The translations under genes were made by a program, and so were the position numbers. A stretch of DNA of 64,000 nucleotides, taken from NCBI RefSeq assembly GCF_006345805.1, contig NC_043013.1:6324001-6388000 (forward strand), written 5' to 3'. Positions 37,529 to 48,572 of the stretch are shown here, one piece after another; positions within the stretch are counted from its first letter, which is position 1, and each line of letters opens with the position of its first letter. The stretch comes from Octopus sinensis. Lineage: Eukaryota. A model generated the notes under the pieces. That model made no database searches. It was not told where the DNA came from and saw nothing but the letters and a program-made list of their open reading frames with translations.

Positions 37529-37733
37529 CCCTTTTGTTACTGTATATATTTTGAGATGCTCTGTGTTTCTTTCAATTACTTTAAATATAACAAAGAATTT
37601 AGTAAAATAACTTAGTTATCATTCAGCTTGTGTCAGGAACATAAATTGTGACTTAGGTTTGGTGGAAGATTTTAATTAAAACCTTAAGCAAACAAGACAT
37701 TTGTACAACAAAGCCGGGTTGGTAACAAAAGGG
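37529..37733. mobile_element. piggyBac-type MITE with TTAA TSD (same family as 35281-35500)
   Basis: Perfect 12-bp TIR CCCTTTTGTTAC with TTAA on both sides. Confidence 0.85.
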
Positions 37734-37903
37734 TTAAACATTGTATCAGATCTAAGCAAGAGAATATTTCTCCATGGTTGGTCATGTTTTTCTCAGAAGA
37801 TTGGAAACAAAGGACACGTCTTGTGTGACAGTGATGCTCATTCATGACTAGTGTGTGATATTAATGATATCAAAGTATAGAGTCATATACACATGCACAC
37901 AAA

Positions 37904-37977
<74 letters not shown>

Positions 37978-38015
37978 CAAATTAGCTTGTTAGAAAACCA
38001 CTGTAAAAGATGAAA

Positions 38016-38285
38016 CTATCTATACTGAGTAGTAATGCTTATCACCACTTGAGGCTTGAGGCTTCCACTTAAGGACTTGATTGATGAATTTTGTTCATCT
38101 GCTGAGCATTGGTCTGTTCTTCTTTTGACCTCCTCACTGCTGATAAAGTTGTTCCATTTGATGTCCAGTATTTTCTGGAGACATCTGCTATCAAAAGTGT
38201 CCACTTTCTTTGACTGGTTTTCAGTTGCTATGGTTAAATTCAATGACAATACTAAACAGGTGGGCAGAACAAAGTTTCTACTCAA
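38016..38285 (-). mobile_element. Degenerate RTE-like LINE fragment
   Basis: KVDTFDSRCLQKILDIKWNNFISSEEVKRR motif. Confidence 0.6.
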
Positions 38286-38473
38286 AAATTAATTTAGAGC
38301 ATGTAAAAAAATATTTCTTTATTATTAAAATATATGAGCAAATGATATGAAATTTATATAAAGCATATATCAACTACAGTTTTATATATATAGATATTAT
38401 TTCCTCAATTTTATGAAAGCAGAATAATTGCCTGTTTAACGTTATCATAGACAGGAATGTATTAAAGCCAGAA

Positions 38474-41218
38474 TTACCACTTTGCAATTAAACTATCGCC
38501 ATTTTCTATGCTGTAATGAGACAGTGGCTTAAAATCATCGTCTAATTCAACTTTTACTTCAGGATTTTCTCTGCTGATATAAGATAGTTTTAGATTAGTC
38601 ATTTCCTGAATTTTAAAGAGTTTTTGTACAAGTGACTTCAGTTTTAGAATGGTTATGTCTGGAGACAATTTCTTGTTCTTCAATACTTTATCAGGAATAT
38701 TATCAGTTTGGATATCAACAGCAATTAATTTATCTCGTAGCAGAATTGTTTTAGTTATCAATGATTGTGGACTCGCATGTCCATATTTCTTCACCAGTTC
38801 TTTGTACCTTGAACAGGTTTTAGCTGTGTCTTCTTCACCAATATTTTTTTCTAATGCCTCCCTCTCAACCATATCTAGATAATATACTTCAGCATTTTTC
38901 CTTTCTTCATCACGAATAAGGGTTTTATCATATTTTTTTAAACTGCCAATTTTACCAACGGTAATATAAAATAGTTTGTCCTTATATACAGCTCCCAATG
39001 GGTTATTTGCTAAAATAAGCTCAGTCAGGTTGGCCAGTTTGCTAAGCTCATCGATTGATGACCGGTTATTGATGTCATTCTTGTTTAAACTTAGACATTC
39101 AAGAGAACGAAAATGTGATGTTTTCTTGCCATCTTCCAAAGATACGTCATTAAAAGAGACGGATGTCAATTGATTGTTATTTACGTAAAGTGTGCTCAAC
39201 TGAGGAAGCTGACCAAATTTTAAAAGTTCATTTTCATCACTAATACGATTGTTTGACAATGAGAGGAATTTTAGCTTTGTCAATTTTCCTGTGGAATCAA
39301 TAAATGTTTCCAAATTATTGAAACTTGCATACAAACGTTGAAGTGATGGAAACATTGATGTAACAGATAAAATGTTAGCCCAGTTATAGTCCATCCTGTT
39401 CAGAATAAGTTCTTCTACATTTGTAAAAGATTTTGCAAACATTTCTACATTTTCAGGAATTATCAAACGGTTACTACTTACATTTAATAGTATTAGATTA
39501 GGAATAATGTTAGCAATTTCCACAACTTGAGTCCAACTCTTCAACAGGTTAGTAGAAAGATCTAGTTCTGTTAATTTTGAGGCAATTGACAAAAACTGAC
39601 TGGTCACTTCCTGGGAACCAAGACCATAAATTCCATAATTATTGAGAATCAGAATTCTTGGAGGCATAATTAAAACATCTTTAGCTTTACAGGCATAAGC
39701 ATCAGGAAAAGACTGTCCGAGGTTAATGTGAAGTGGGTTAATAAAGGAACCAGATTTAGGATGGCTTGCTTGATAATAACACCTACCTTTATAGCTACCG
39801 TCATGTTTTCCCCGATGAATTTCATCCCAGTCAATGCCAAACCAAATACCTTCCATTGTGTCAACTTCTCCTATATATTTTATCGTCCCAAAACAATTCT
39901 CACTTTCAATACGATCACCAATAACCAGTTTGCTTCCATCATTTCGGTTCATATCTGGAAATAATTTCTTGTTTCTGATCATTTCTTCTGGAATATCACC
40001 ATCTGTTAAATGACTTTGGAGGGAATGCTTTTCAGGATATTCATAACCATATTTCTGTCCTAGTTCTTTGTACCTTGAACACGTTTTAGTTAAGTCTTCT
40101 TCACTGATATTTTTCTCTAATGCCTGTTTCTCAATCATGCGAAGATAAAATATTTCAGCATCTTTCTGTTTTTCATCATGGATAATAGTTTTTGCATACT
40201 TTTTTAAACTGCCAATTTTGGCAATTATCAAATTAAACAGTTTGTCCTCATCTATATCTGCTGTTGGATTATGAAGGAAAGAAAACTCGGTAAGGTTGGC
40301 TAATTTACTAAGCTCATCAATTGATGACAGGTTATCGATGAGGTTGCTGCTTAAATCTAAACACTTTAGAGAAGGAAAATATGTGGTTTTCTCACCGTCT
40401 TCCAAAGGTACGTCATTGAAGGAGACGGCTGTCAGTTGATTGTTATTTACATAAAGTGTGCTCAATTGAGGAAGTTGACCAAGTTTTAAAAGTTCGTTCC
40501 AGTCACTTAAGCGATTGTCTATTAATGAGAGAAATTTCAGGTTTGTCAATTTCCCCGTGGAATCAGCCAATTTTTCCAAATTATTAAAACACACGTACAA
40601 ACCTTGAAGGGACGGAAACATCGACGTAGCAGATAAAATGTCGGCCCAGTCGTAGTTCATTCGGTTTAAAACCAGATCTTCTACTTTGGCAAAAGATTTT
40701 GACAAGTTTTCCGCGTGTTCAGGAATTATTAAACGGTTATTACTTACATTTAACTTCAACAGATTAGGAATTAAGTTAGTAATTTCAGCAACTTGAGTCC
40801 AGTTCTTCAACAAATTACCAGAAAGATCTAATTCTGTTATTTTTGAGGCAGTCGCCGAAAACTGACTGGTCACTTCCTGGGAACCAAGACCATAGATTAC
40901 ATAATTATCGAGAATCAAAATTCTTGAGCGCACATCTACGATATCGCCATGTTTACAGACGTAAGCGTCAGGGAAAGATTGTCCCAATTTAGCCTTTATT
41001 GGTTTAATAAACGAACCAGATTTAGGATGTCCTGCTTGAAAGTAACGCCTACCTTTATAGCTACCGTCATGTTTTCCCCGATGAATTTCATCCCAATCAA
41101 TGCCAAACCAAATACCTTCCATTGCTTCAACTTCTCCTATAAATTTTATCGTCCCAAAATAATCATCACATTCGATACGATCACCAATAACCAGTTCGCT
41201 TCCGTCTTTTCTCTTCAT
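38474..41218 (-). CDS. TBCE: Intronless double TBCE-like protein, 914 aa: [CAP-Gly-LRR-truncated UBL] fused to [CAP-Gly-LRR-UBL]; copies B1 and B2
   Basis: Two GKHDG CAP-Gly domains and two LRR arrays in one uninterrupted frame; single complete UBL at the C-terminus. Paralog rather than confirmed ortholog. Confidence 0.9.
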   Translation of the reverse strand: MKRKDGSELVIGDRIECDDYFGTIKFIGEVEAMEGIWFGIDWDEIHRGKHDGSYKGRRYFQAGHPKSGSFIKPIKAKLGQSFPDAYVCKHGDIVDVRSRILILDNYVIYGLGSQEVTSQFSATASKITELDLSGNLLKNWTQVAEITNLIPNLLKLNVSNNRLIIPEHAENLSKSFAKVEDLVLNRMNYDWADILSATSMFPSLQGLYVCFNNLEKLADSTGKLTNLKFLSLIDNRLSDWNELLKLGQLPQLSTLYVNNNQLTAVSFNDVPLEDGEKTTYFPSLKCLDLSSNLIDNLSSIDELSKLANLTEFSFLHNPTADIDEDKLFNLIIAKIGSLKKYAKTIIHDEKQKDAEIFYLRMIEKQALEKNISEEDLTKTCSRYKELGQKYGYEYPEKHSLQSHLTDGDIPEEMIRNKKLFPDMNRNDGSKLVIGDRIESENCFGTIKYIGEVDTMEGIWFGIDWDEIHRGKHDGSYKGRCYYQASHPKSGSFINPLHINLGQSFPDAYACKAKDVLIMPPRILILNNYGIYGLGSQEVTSQFLSIASKLTELDLSTNLLKSWTQVVEIANIIPNLILLNVSSNRLIIPENVEMFAKSFTNVEELILNRMDYNWANILSVTSMFPSLQRLYASFNNLETFIDSTGKLTKLKFLSLSNNRISDENELLKFGQLPQLSTLYVNNNQLTSVSFNDVSLEDGKKTSHFRSLECLSLNKNDINNRSSIDELSKLANLTELILANNPLGAVYKDKLFYITVGKIGSLKKYDKTLIRDEERKNAEVYYLDMVEREALEKNIGEEDTAKTCSRYKELVKKYGHASPQSLITKTILLRDKLIAVDIQTDNIPDKVLKNKKLSPDITILKLKSLVQKLFKIQEMTNLKLSYISRENPEVKVELDDDFKPLSHYSIENGDSLIAKW

Positions 41219-41299
41219 GTTTGGAGATAGTTTTTCCTCCGTCAGTTTCTAAGAAATTATCTCGCTTCCACTGGAAACTATGAGAGTGATTTCCCTTAG

Positions 41300-41600
41300 A
41301 TAAACACTCTTTTTTCCCCCTCTTTTGTTTGTTCTTTTTATATATAAAAGATAAAAAGAAACAAGTTTTGTAACGAAGGGGGGGGGGGAGAAAACGTGGA
41401 GTGTCACGTGGGGAAGGCGGTGGCAAACCCGCGGGAATAAAACTGATTTACTATGGTAGCTGGTTATTTTTTTTCTCTCTTTTACCAACTTTTCTGGAAG
41501 TTTGTCCTCTTCAAGTCAACCCCTAGCGGCACCTCGCACCCGAAAAATTCGGCGCAAACAATGTCGTTATGTAATTGATACCTGATGACGTAAACTATCA
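41300..41600 (-). promoter_or_regulatory. Candidate promoter of the fused TBCE-like gene
   Basis: TATAAAA (41342-41336, minus strand) lies ~32 nt upstream of where leader homology with copy A begins. GTCACGTG E-box at 41403-41410, TGACGTAA CRE-like site near 41586, and locally CpG-rich sequence. Confidence 0.45.
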
Positions 41601-41852
41601 GATATAGTGTTTAGTGCTCCAGCATGGCCGTAGTCAAAATGACTGGAGCAAGTAAAAGAATAGAAAATATAGTTATTTAAGTTTTTTGCTTTTATTTTTT
41701 TATCGTTTTTTTTTTTCCTGAAATATGATCTCAAGGACACCTGTACCAGAGTGTCACTCAGTAGAATGGCGAAGGTTTCCGATTATAAATGTTATTTTAA
41801 ATTAAATTAAACCTTTTATTAACGTGAATTCACAGTATAAAGAAAGGTGGGT

Positions 41853-41884
<32 letters not shown>

Positions 41885-43380
41885 ACACACTTATTCTTTT
41901 ACTTGTTTCTGTCGTTTTGATTGTGGCCATGCTGGAGCACCGCCTTTAGTCGAACAAATCGCCCCCCTGGATTTAGTCTTTGTAAGCCTGGTACTTATTC
42001 TATCGGACGCTTTTGCCGAACCACTAGCTTATGGGGACGTAAGCACACCAAGATCGATTTTTCAAGCGATGGGGTGCGCGCGCGCGTGTGTGTGTGTGTG
42101 TTCAATTACATCAAGGATATAAAATCGAATACAGGTAAAAAAAAACCCGATAGAATAAGTACTAGGCTCACAAAGAATAAGTCCTGGGGTCGATTTGCTC
42201 GACTAAAGGCGGTGCTCCAGCATGGCCACAGTCAAATGACTGAAACAAGTAAAAGTAAGTATTTATATATAATCTTTCAAGTAGGATTTAATGAGGCTGC
42301 GCTGTAAGAAGTTCATTTCCCATCCATATAGTTTTGGACAAATGTCTTCTATTATAGCCCTGGGTTGATCAAAGGTTTGAGACTGGTAGCCGTTGTGTGT
42401 GCGTGTGTATAGGGGGGGGGTGTTACTGTCTTCTTGCCTTGACATTGTGTGACAGTTGTAAACAAGTGTCATTCTCATGCAAGCTGTGTCCTTTGATTTC
42501 AGTCTGGCCATGGGAAACCTCATTTGGGAAAAAATGAGAGTTGGCCACAGGGAGGACGGTAGAAAAATCTGCTTCACCAAATTCTGTCAAACTCATGTAA
42601 GCAGCTGGGAAAAGGGAACATTAAAATGATGGTGATGATGATGACGACGGCGACGACGCTAATGATGGTGATGATGATGATGATGACGACGGCGACGACG
42701 CTAATGATGGTGATGATGATATTTCGCTGCTAAAATAGGTCATGAGAATTTTATTGAACATGGCCTTCACATTTATCTTAAACGTGTATAAATTTTGAGA
42801 TTAGATTAGGCCGTCCATATTTCTCTGATAACTCAGTAGATTTTTTTCATTTGAATAACATTCGCCGCGTGTTATTAATTTTATTGTTGATATATAAATA
42901 AAAGCCCCTCTTATCGAAGTTGAAACTGATAACAGAATTGCGAGGACTGTTCCACTGTGACATAAACTTATTTATATGAGAAATTAACAATGTTGAATTA
43001 ACATTCAATAAAATGCAAATTTATACTTTTGTTACGTTTTTACTATTATACCCATCATAAGTAAGTTGGAAAAATTCTTAGCATGCTAGACAAAATGTCT
43101 AGCAGCATTTCATCCATCTCTACATTCTGAATTTAAATTCCACTTATGAGAGCGGTTGGGTTTGTTTTCAGTAATCTCGCTTGTGTGAGCAGACGAGTTT
43201 ATTTCAGATATTCTCATTTTAAAAATCATCTCTGACTAATTGTTGAGAGGATGTTGGTGTTGCCTTGGCGGAAGTTTGCGCTCTCTGAGTGCTCTTGTTA
43301 TTATTATTTTTACAATTATTATTATTATTATTACAATTATTATTATTATTATTACAATTATTATTATTATTATTATTATT

Positions 43381-43590
43381 GAGTGAGAGAGCAGAGCATG
43401 CCATCAAAGTGACACTGGGGTAAAATATACGAAGCCCAGTATACCCATCATGACTACCCATCTGATAAGGGTACACCAGGCACATGCATCACAACCATAT
43501 GTGCGCGACATGGTGATCTCATATCAAGATAAACAGCACATGACCTTGCAGGTGGAGCCCAGTTAGAATTTTCTTCAGATCGAGTAACCC
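43381..43590 (-). mobile_element. 3' end of the (AAT)n-associated non-LTR element, flanked by long direct (TTA/TACAA) repeats
   Basis: Same family as 441-990; TTATTATTATTTTTACAATTATTATT occurs on both sides. Confidence 0.6.
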
Positions 43591-43652
43591 ATATTATTAT
43601 TATTATTTTTACAATTATTATTATTATTATTATTATTACAATTAATATTATC

Positions 43653-43852
43653 ATTTCCTCAATTTTATGAAAGCAGAATAATTACCTGTTTAAAGTTATC
43701 ATAGACAGGAATGTATTAAAGCCAGAATTACCATTTTGCAATTAAACTATCGCCATTTTCTAAGCTGTAATGAGACAGTGGCTTTAAATCATCGTCTAAT
43801 TCAACTTTTACTTCAGGATTTTCTCTACTGATATAAGATAGTTTTAAGATTA
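43653..43852 (-). pseudogene. 3' remnant of a further TBCE-like copy (last ~40 codons plus 3' UTR)
   Basis: About 95% identical by eye to 38397-38600; encodes KLSYISRENPEVKVELDDDLKPLSHYSLENGDSLIAKW*. Confidence 0.9.
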
Positions 43853-44512
43853 ATGAAATACAGAGTGGTATAAAAAAGTCCCCGGAATAATTATGGTTAA
43901 TAAAAAAAAACTAACTTATTTACCTGAGTTTTAACATCATCTCCTTCGAAATAATCACCTTGCGCAGCAATACACCGGTCTCAGCGTTCCTGTCACTTCT
44001 GGAATCCGGCCTTGAAGTCGTTTTCCGTAAACGAGTCCAAAACACACACACAAATACATATATACCGAATATATGTATTTGTGTGTGTCCTTGTCTTGAC
44101 ATTGTGTGATAGTTGTAAAGGATTGGTCTTGCTATACAACCAGCATCATTCATTCTTAATATTCTACAAAAGCCACGAGGAGATTGTTTTAAACAGTCAC
44201 CTGAAGAAATGTATCTTGAATGTTTGATAACACAATATGTTAATTATATCATCTTACCAATGTACTACAAGTGTAAAAATGTGTCGAAACACTTGTAGCG
44301 ATTTAAATAAAGAATGTCCTTCAATCCATTTTCTATTATCTATTTATGTAAGCTTTACGGATAGTGTAGAATTTCTGATGTATATCTAGTAGCAAGAATA
44401 TTTCTAGTTTGCTAACATTCAGTAGTCAATAATACGGACAAGCTTTGCATAGCATTCTACTAAACACATAGATATATAGATATATACACAGAAACATATA
44501 TACATGTATAAA

Positions 44513-44547
<35 letters not shown>

Positions 44548-44551
<4 letters not shown>

Positions 44552-44701
44552 AGAATTTACGAAAAAAAAACAAAAGACGAAGACAGGTGGAGTACAAAAC
44601 AAACAGATGTATTAGTATAACGCTCAGGAATAGAAAAAGTCTTTTACGTTTCGAGCCTACGCTCTTCTACAGAAAGGGACACAGAAAAAACAAGGAGAGA
44701 A

Positions 44702-44704
<3 letters not shown>
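44548..44704 (-). mobile_element. (TA)n-embedded Penelope-like terminus with hammerhead-like motif at 44639-44680
   Basis: CTTT-CTGTAGA-A-GAGC(GTAG)GCTC-GAAAC-GTA-AAAG; (TA)n on both sides. Confidence 0.65.
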
Positions 44705-44778
<74 letters not shown>

Positions 44779-45152
44779 TCTTTACTCTTTTACTTGTTTC
44801 AGTAATTTGACTGCGGCCATGCTGGAGCACCGCATTTAGTCGAGCAAATCGACCCCAGTACTTATTCTTTGTAAGCCCAGTTTTTATTCTATCGGTCTCT
44901 TTTGCCGAACCGCTACCAGTACCAGCACCAGCGGGGTCACCAAGTAACTTGCAAGACAAGGCAAAGTTCCCTTTTACTGGGGGAAGTAGTATTGAGAAGG
45001 ATAGGTTTGTGCCAGCTGATCAGAGGTTAAAAGAACAATAAAGGGATGGAGATAGGTGTCCTGCAGATGACGAGATACAAGGATATCCCTATTGGAGGGG
45101 AAGGGAGAAGTAGGCTTGTGTGTGTGTGTGTGTGTGTGTGAGTGTATACATA

Positions 45153-45896
45153 TGTAGCGAATCCTGCAAGCATGAAGTGGATTCGATCCACCACAGCCAA
45201 ATTTAAATCAACACTGCTACATAACTTTTCCCACGATGGAACAATGGTTTTTCTCTGACAGCAGTTTTACATTTCTCAGATGCCTTTAGCTAGGCCAAAA
45301 CAATGCCTTCACCACTTGACCCTATCTAACCTCTTCTACTTCACCAAAAGCTAGAATAAGAGATAACAAGACCACAAACTAAATCTATTGTTCTCAACGA
45401 TATATCTATCCTTCTGGATCTTAATATAAGCAAGCACATCCCAAGCAAAAATCAGTTAGTCACCAGCCGGGTGACGACTCCTGCAGTCAGTCACATCGTG
45501 ACGACTCAACGAGATCTAGCTGACCAACCTTGGTCAGAGGGAGAAAGCAACTGTGAGACAACACCCTATAATTCTCTCTAGTTCTAATTCTGTTCTCTTA
45601 CACACCTATCTATCTGTCTCAGCAATTACTACTAGACAATGAAAAGAACCCAAACACATCTAACTTTCTTTCGCATGCTTTTGGATTTATCAAAACCTGC
45701 CCGTCGAGGTAAGGTATTGTAACGTAACGGTAAAATAAAATATTTCCTTAAAACTTTATACACTTTGTTCTTACACATCTTACAACATGCAATTATGACA
45801 ACAAATTATTATCGTTACCACTGTCTCCACCGACATTTCAATAATATTGTCAACAAATCAATTTAAATCCGTTACAACTAAAAATTCGATACCGTT

Positions 45897-45899
<3 letters not shown>
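45153..45899 (+). mobile_element. Solo LTR (Gypsy-like)
   Basis: Inverted termini TGTAGCG ... CGTTACA and internal AATAAA near 45735; diverged relative at about 55980-56340. Confidence 0.6.
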
Positions 45900-45995
<96 letters not shown>

Positions 45996-46000
45996 CACAT

Positions 46001-46199
46001 TCAAAATGTGACTGCGTGTGTACCGTTGGCGATTTTTTTCCTCTGTCTTCCCTTCTCTCGATCTTTCCTTCTCCTATGTTTCCGACGAAACGTTAAACCC
46101 TCCTTCTTTCCTTCCTTCCTGAGCGTCCAACAATACTATATTTGTTCCACGTCCTCGCGTTGTTGTGTTTTTTCTTTGTGTTTTCATGTTTGGATTAAC
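46001..46199 (+). mobile_element. (TA)n-embedded Penelope-like terminus with helix-II-deleted hammerhead remnant
   Basis: GTTT-CCGAC-GAAAC-GTT-AAAC at 46078-46098; the 3' tail is near-identical to 52333-52443. Confidence 0.6.
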
Positions 46200-46223
46200 T
46201 ATATATATATATATATATATATA

Positions 46224-46602
46224 CACTACCGTCAGAAATTAATTAGCACCCTTGATTTGCTCTTCACTCAAGGTATGTGCTGTCACCTAGTGGCCATATC
46301 TCGAACTATTTCTTTGTTGCGAGTTCACTGTTGCGCAGAACGATGACGTAACTTTGTTTGCAGAGCAGTTTGAGAGTCTACACCCTTATGATGTTGACAT
46401 AGCAGTGCAACAACAACTTGGAGTGCGGATACAGACAAATCTTCCTTTGTTAATAGATATAGGTAGCGCCTCGCAAGGACAGAAATCACACCATACTAAG
46501 TTTTCTCATCGCGTAAGACGTTTTGAACAGCTCATAGGTTAATTGATTTAACCTATTTAATGTAGAAATTTGAGAAGTGCTAATTAATTTCTGACGCAAG
46601 TG
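46224..46602. mobile_element. Tc1-type MITE
   Basis: TIR CACT..CGTCAGAAATTAATTAGCAC with TA on both sides. Confidence 0.85.
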
Positions 46603-46624
46603 TATATATATATATATATATACA

Positions 46625-48504
46625 CTAGCAGCATAGCCCGGCGTTGCCCGGGTATGTAAGAGCCCCTAGTAGGCAACGACTAATCCCAATCTAGTCCTTT
46701 CCCTCTAGGGAACGAAGGCGCATGTGTAGGTTGCAATGTCTTCTCTTCACTCCCAAATAACTATCAAACAGCTATCGATAATTCAACCCAACCAATTCCT
46801 ACCAGAAAGAAATTACATTCGAGACTTTACCCCCAACACCGCCACTTCTGCTAATAGCTGCTGCAGCCGCAAGTTATTCGAATACTTTTTTTGTTTACAC
46901 TTTCTTTATAACTACCACCCCAAACGTTTTACCTTAAATTTTTGACGTACCCTAAGGGTCCTCGGACGCTACTTGCAAACTCTTGGTTTATTATAAACCG
47001 CTTTTGCCGTGTGCACCAAAAAACCTTTTCCATTCGTTTGTTCAGTTTGGTCACTTTTGACTTTTTCGTTGTTGTCACTCACATTGCTGCCCGCTTTTTT
47101 TGCTGTTTTTGTACATTTTTATACATTTTGGGATACTTACCCCACGTGTTCCGAGAGTTAAAAAGGTCGAGTTGCGTCCCCTAGACAGTCTGTGGTTTGT
47201 GTTTAATACACAAAATCGGTTTGCTATGTGTGCCACATATAATAATAATGAAATTAATTGTATACAGTGCTCAGGTGCACCACAACTTGTCAGAAAGTGC
47301 ATATAAAGTACATGCAGTAATGTAGAAATGTCTGGAAAGCGAACAATGTATGAGTCAGATACATGCTTGCGTGTGTATGGAGGGGAGAAAATCAGGTGTA
47401 GTGTTGGCGAATCTCAGGAAGCATGGAAGTTTTGAAGGATGCAGTGCTCCGACAACTAACAACTGATGCCGGCAGTTTGTTCCATGCTTCAGCAACTCTC
47501 AGCGTGAAAAAATGTTTCCTGAAGTCATGGGAGCTGTGCTGTTTTCTTACTTTGTAAATATGTCCACGGGTGTTAGATGGGTGGAGTTTGAAAAGGTGCT
47601 CAGAGTTATTGTTTGTACGATGGTGATAATTTTATGGGTGTCTGCCAAGTCAGCTGCCAGACGTCGGAGTTTCAATGTGTCCATGCCCAGGGAAGTAAGG
47701 CGTTCAGGATATGGCAAATGCCTGATGGAGGGTATTCTTTTGGTTGCACGTCGCTGAACAGCTTCCAGACGATTGATATCCTGGGCAAGATAGGGATTCC
47801 AGACCGGTGATGCAAATTCCAGGTGAGGTCTTACTATAGCTATATAAAGCCGCAGATAGATAGCCGGAGAGCGGCTCACAAAGGATTTGGTGAGTGATGC
47901 CAAGACACCCTCAGCCTTCTTGACAATTTTAGCGATGTGTTTTGTCCAACGCAAATCACTGTCGACAATAACACCCAGGTCACGTTCAACCGATTTTTTC
48001 CAGTAATAAAGTATCCTATTGGAATAAAAAGGGCCATATAGCTCCTTGGAGCAGATACGATGCTCGTTGTGAATTTAAAAAAAAATTCCTGCCAATTTGT
48101 GAAAGATATTGTCGAAAATACGTCATCTTGAATTTGAACGCGATTTCCCAAAATGGCATGATTTTATCGATTTTTTCTGATGGTAAGGTATTGCATGGAA
48201 AACTAACGTCAGAATTAAGTTTCTTAGGGTAACATTAAGCTTCACCATGAGTTTGGTGAAAATCGATTGCAAGTTGCGAAAACTACAACAGAAAATGTGT
48301 TGCATATAAAAAGCTTAGATTCTCGACCCCATGTCGAATTTATCGATTTTTTTTCAGAACTGGGGGAACTTTTCAAAATTTTCGCTGCGTTAGTTTTGAA
48401 TTATGACATTGGGCTATGTGTGTGTCAAGTTTCATCAGAATCGGTTGAAAGCTGTGGTCAGGGTGAGGGTACAACCTGACAGACACACAGACAGACAAAC
48501 TGCC

Positions 48505-48515
<11 letters not shown>
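46625..48515 (-). mobile_element. Non-autonomous Helitron-like element
   Basis: The minus-strand 3' end has hairpin CCCGGGCAACGCCGGG then CTAG-T. The other end has TATATAAACGGCAG and (TGTC)n typical of Lep1/HINE-like Helitrons; inserted in (TA)n. Confidence 0.65.
47243..48000 (-). mobile_element. 5'-truncated CR1-like LINE inside the Helitron-like element
   Basis: ERDLGVIVD..RWTKHI...VRPHLEFASPVWNPY...LEAVQRRATK...YPERL...LKLRRL; ATT tail near 47243. Confidence 0.9.
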
Positions 48516-48558
<43 letters not shown>

Positions 48559-48572
48559 TTTTATTCGTTTTA

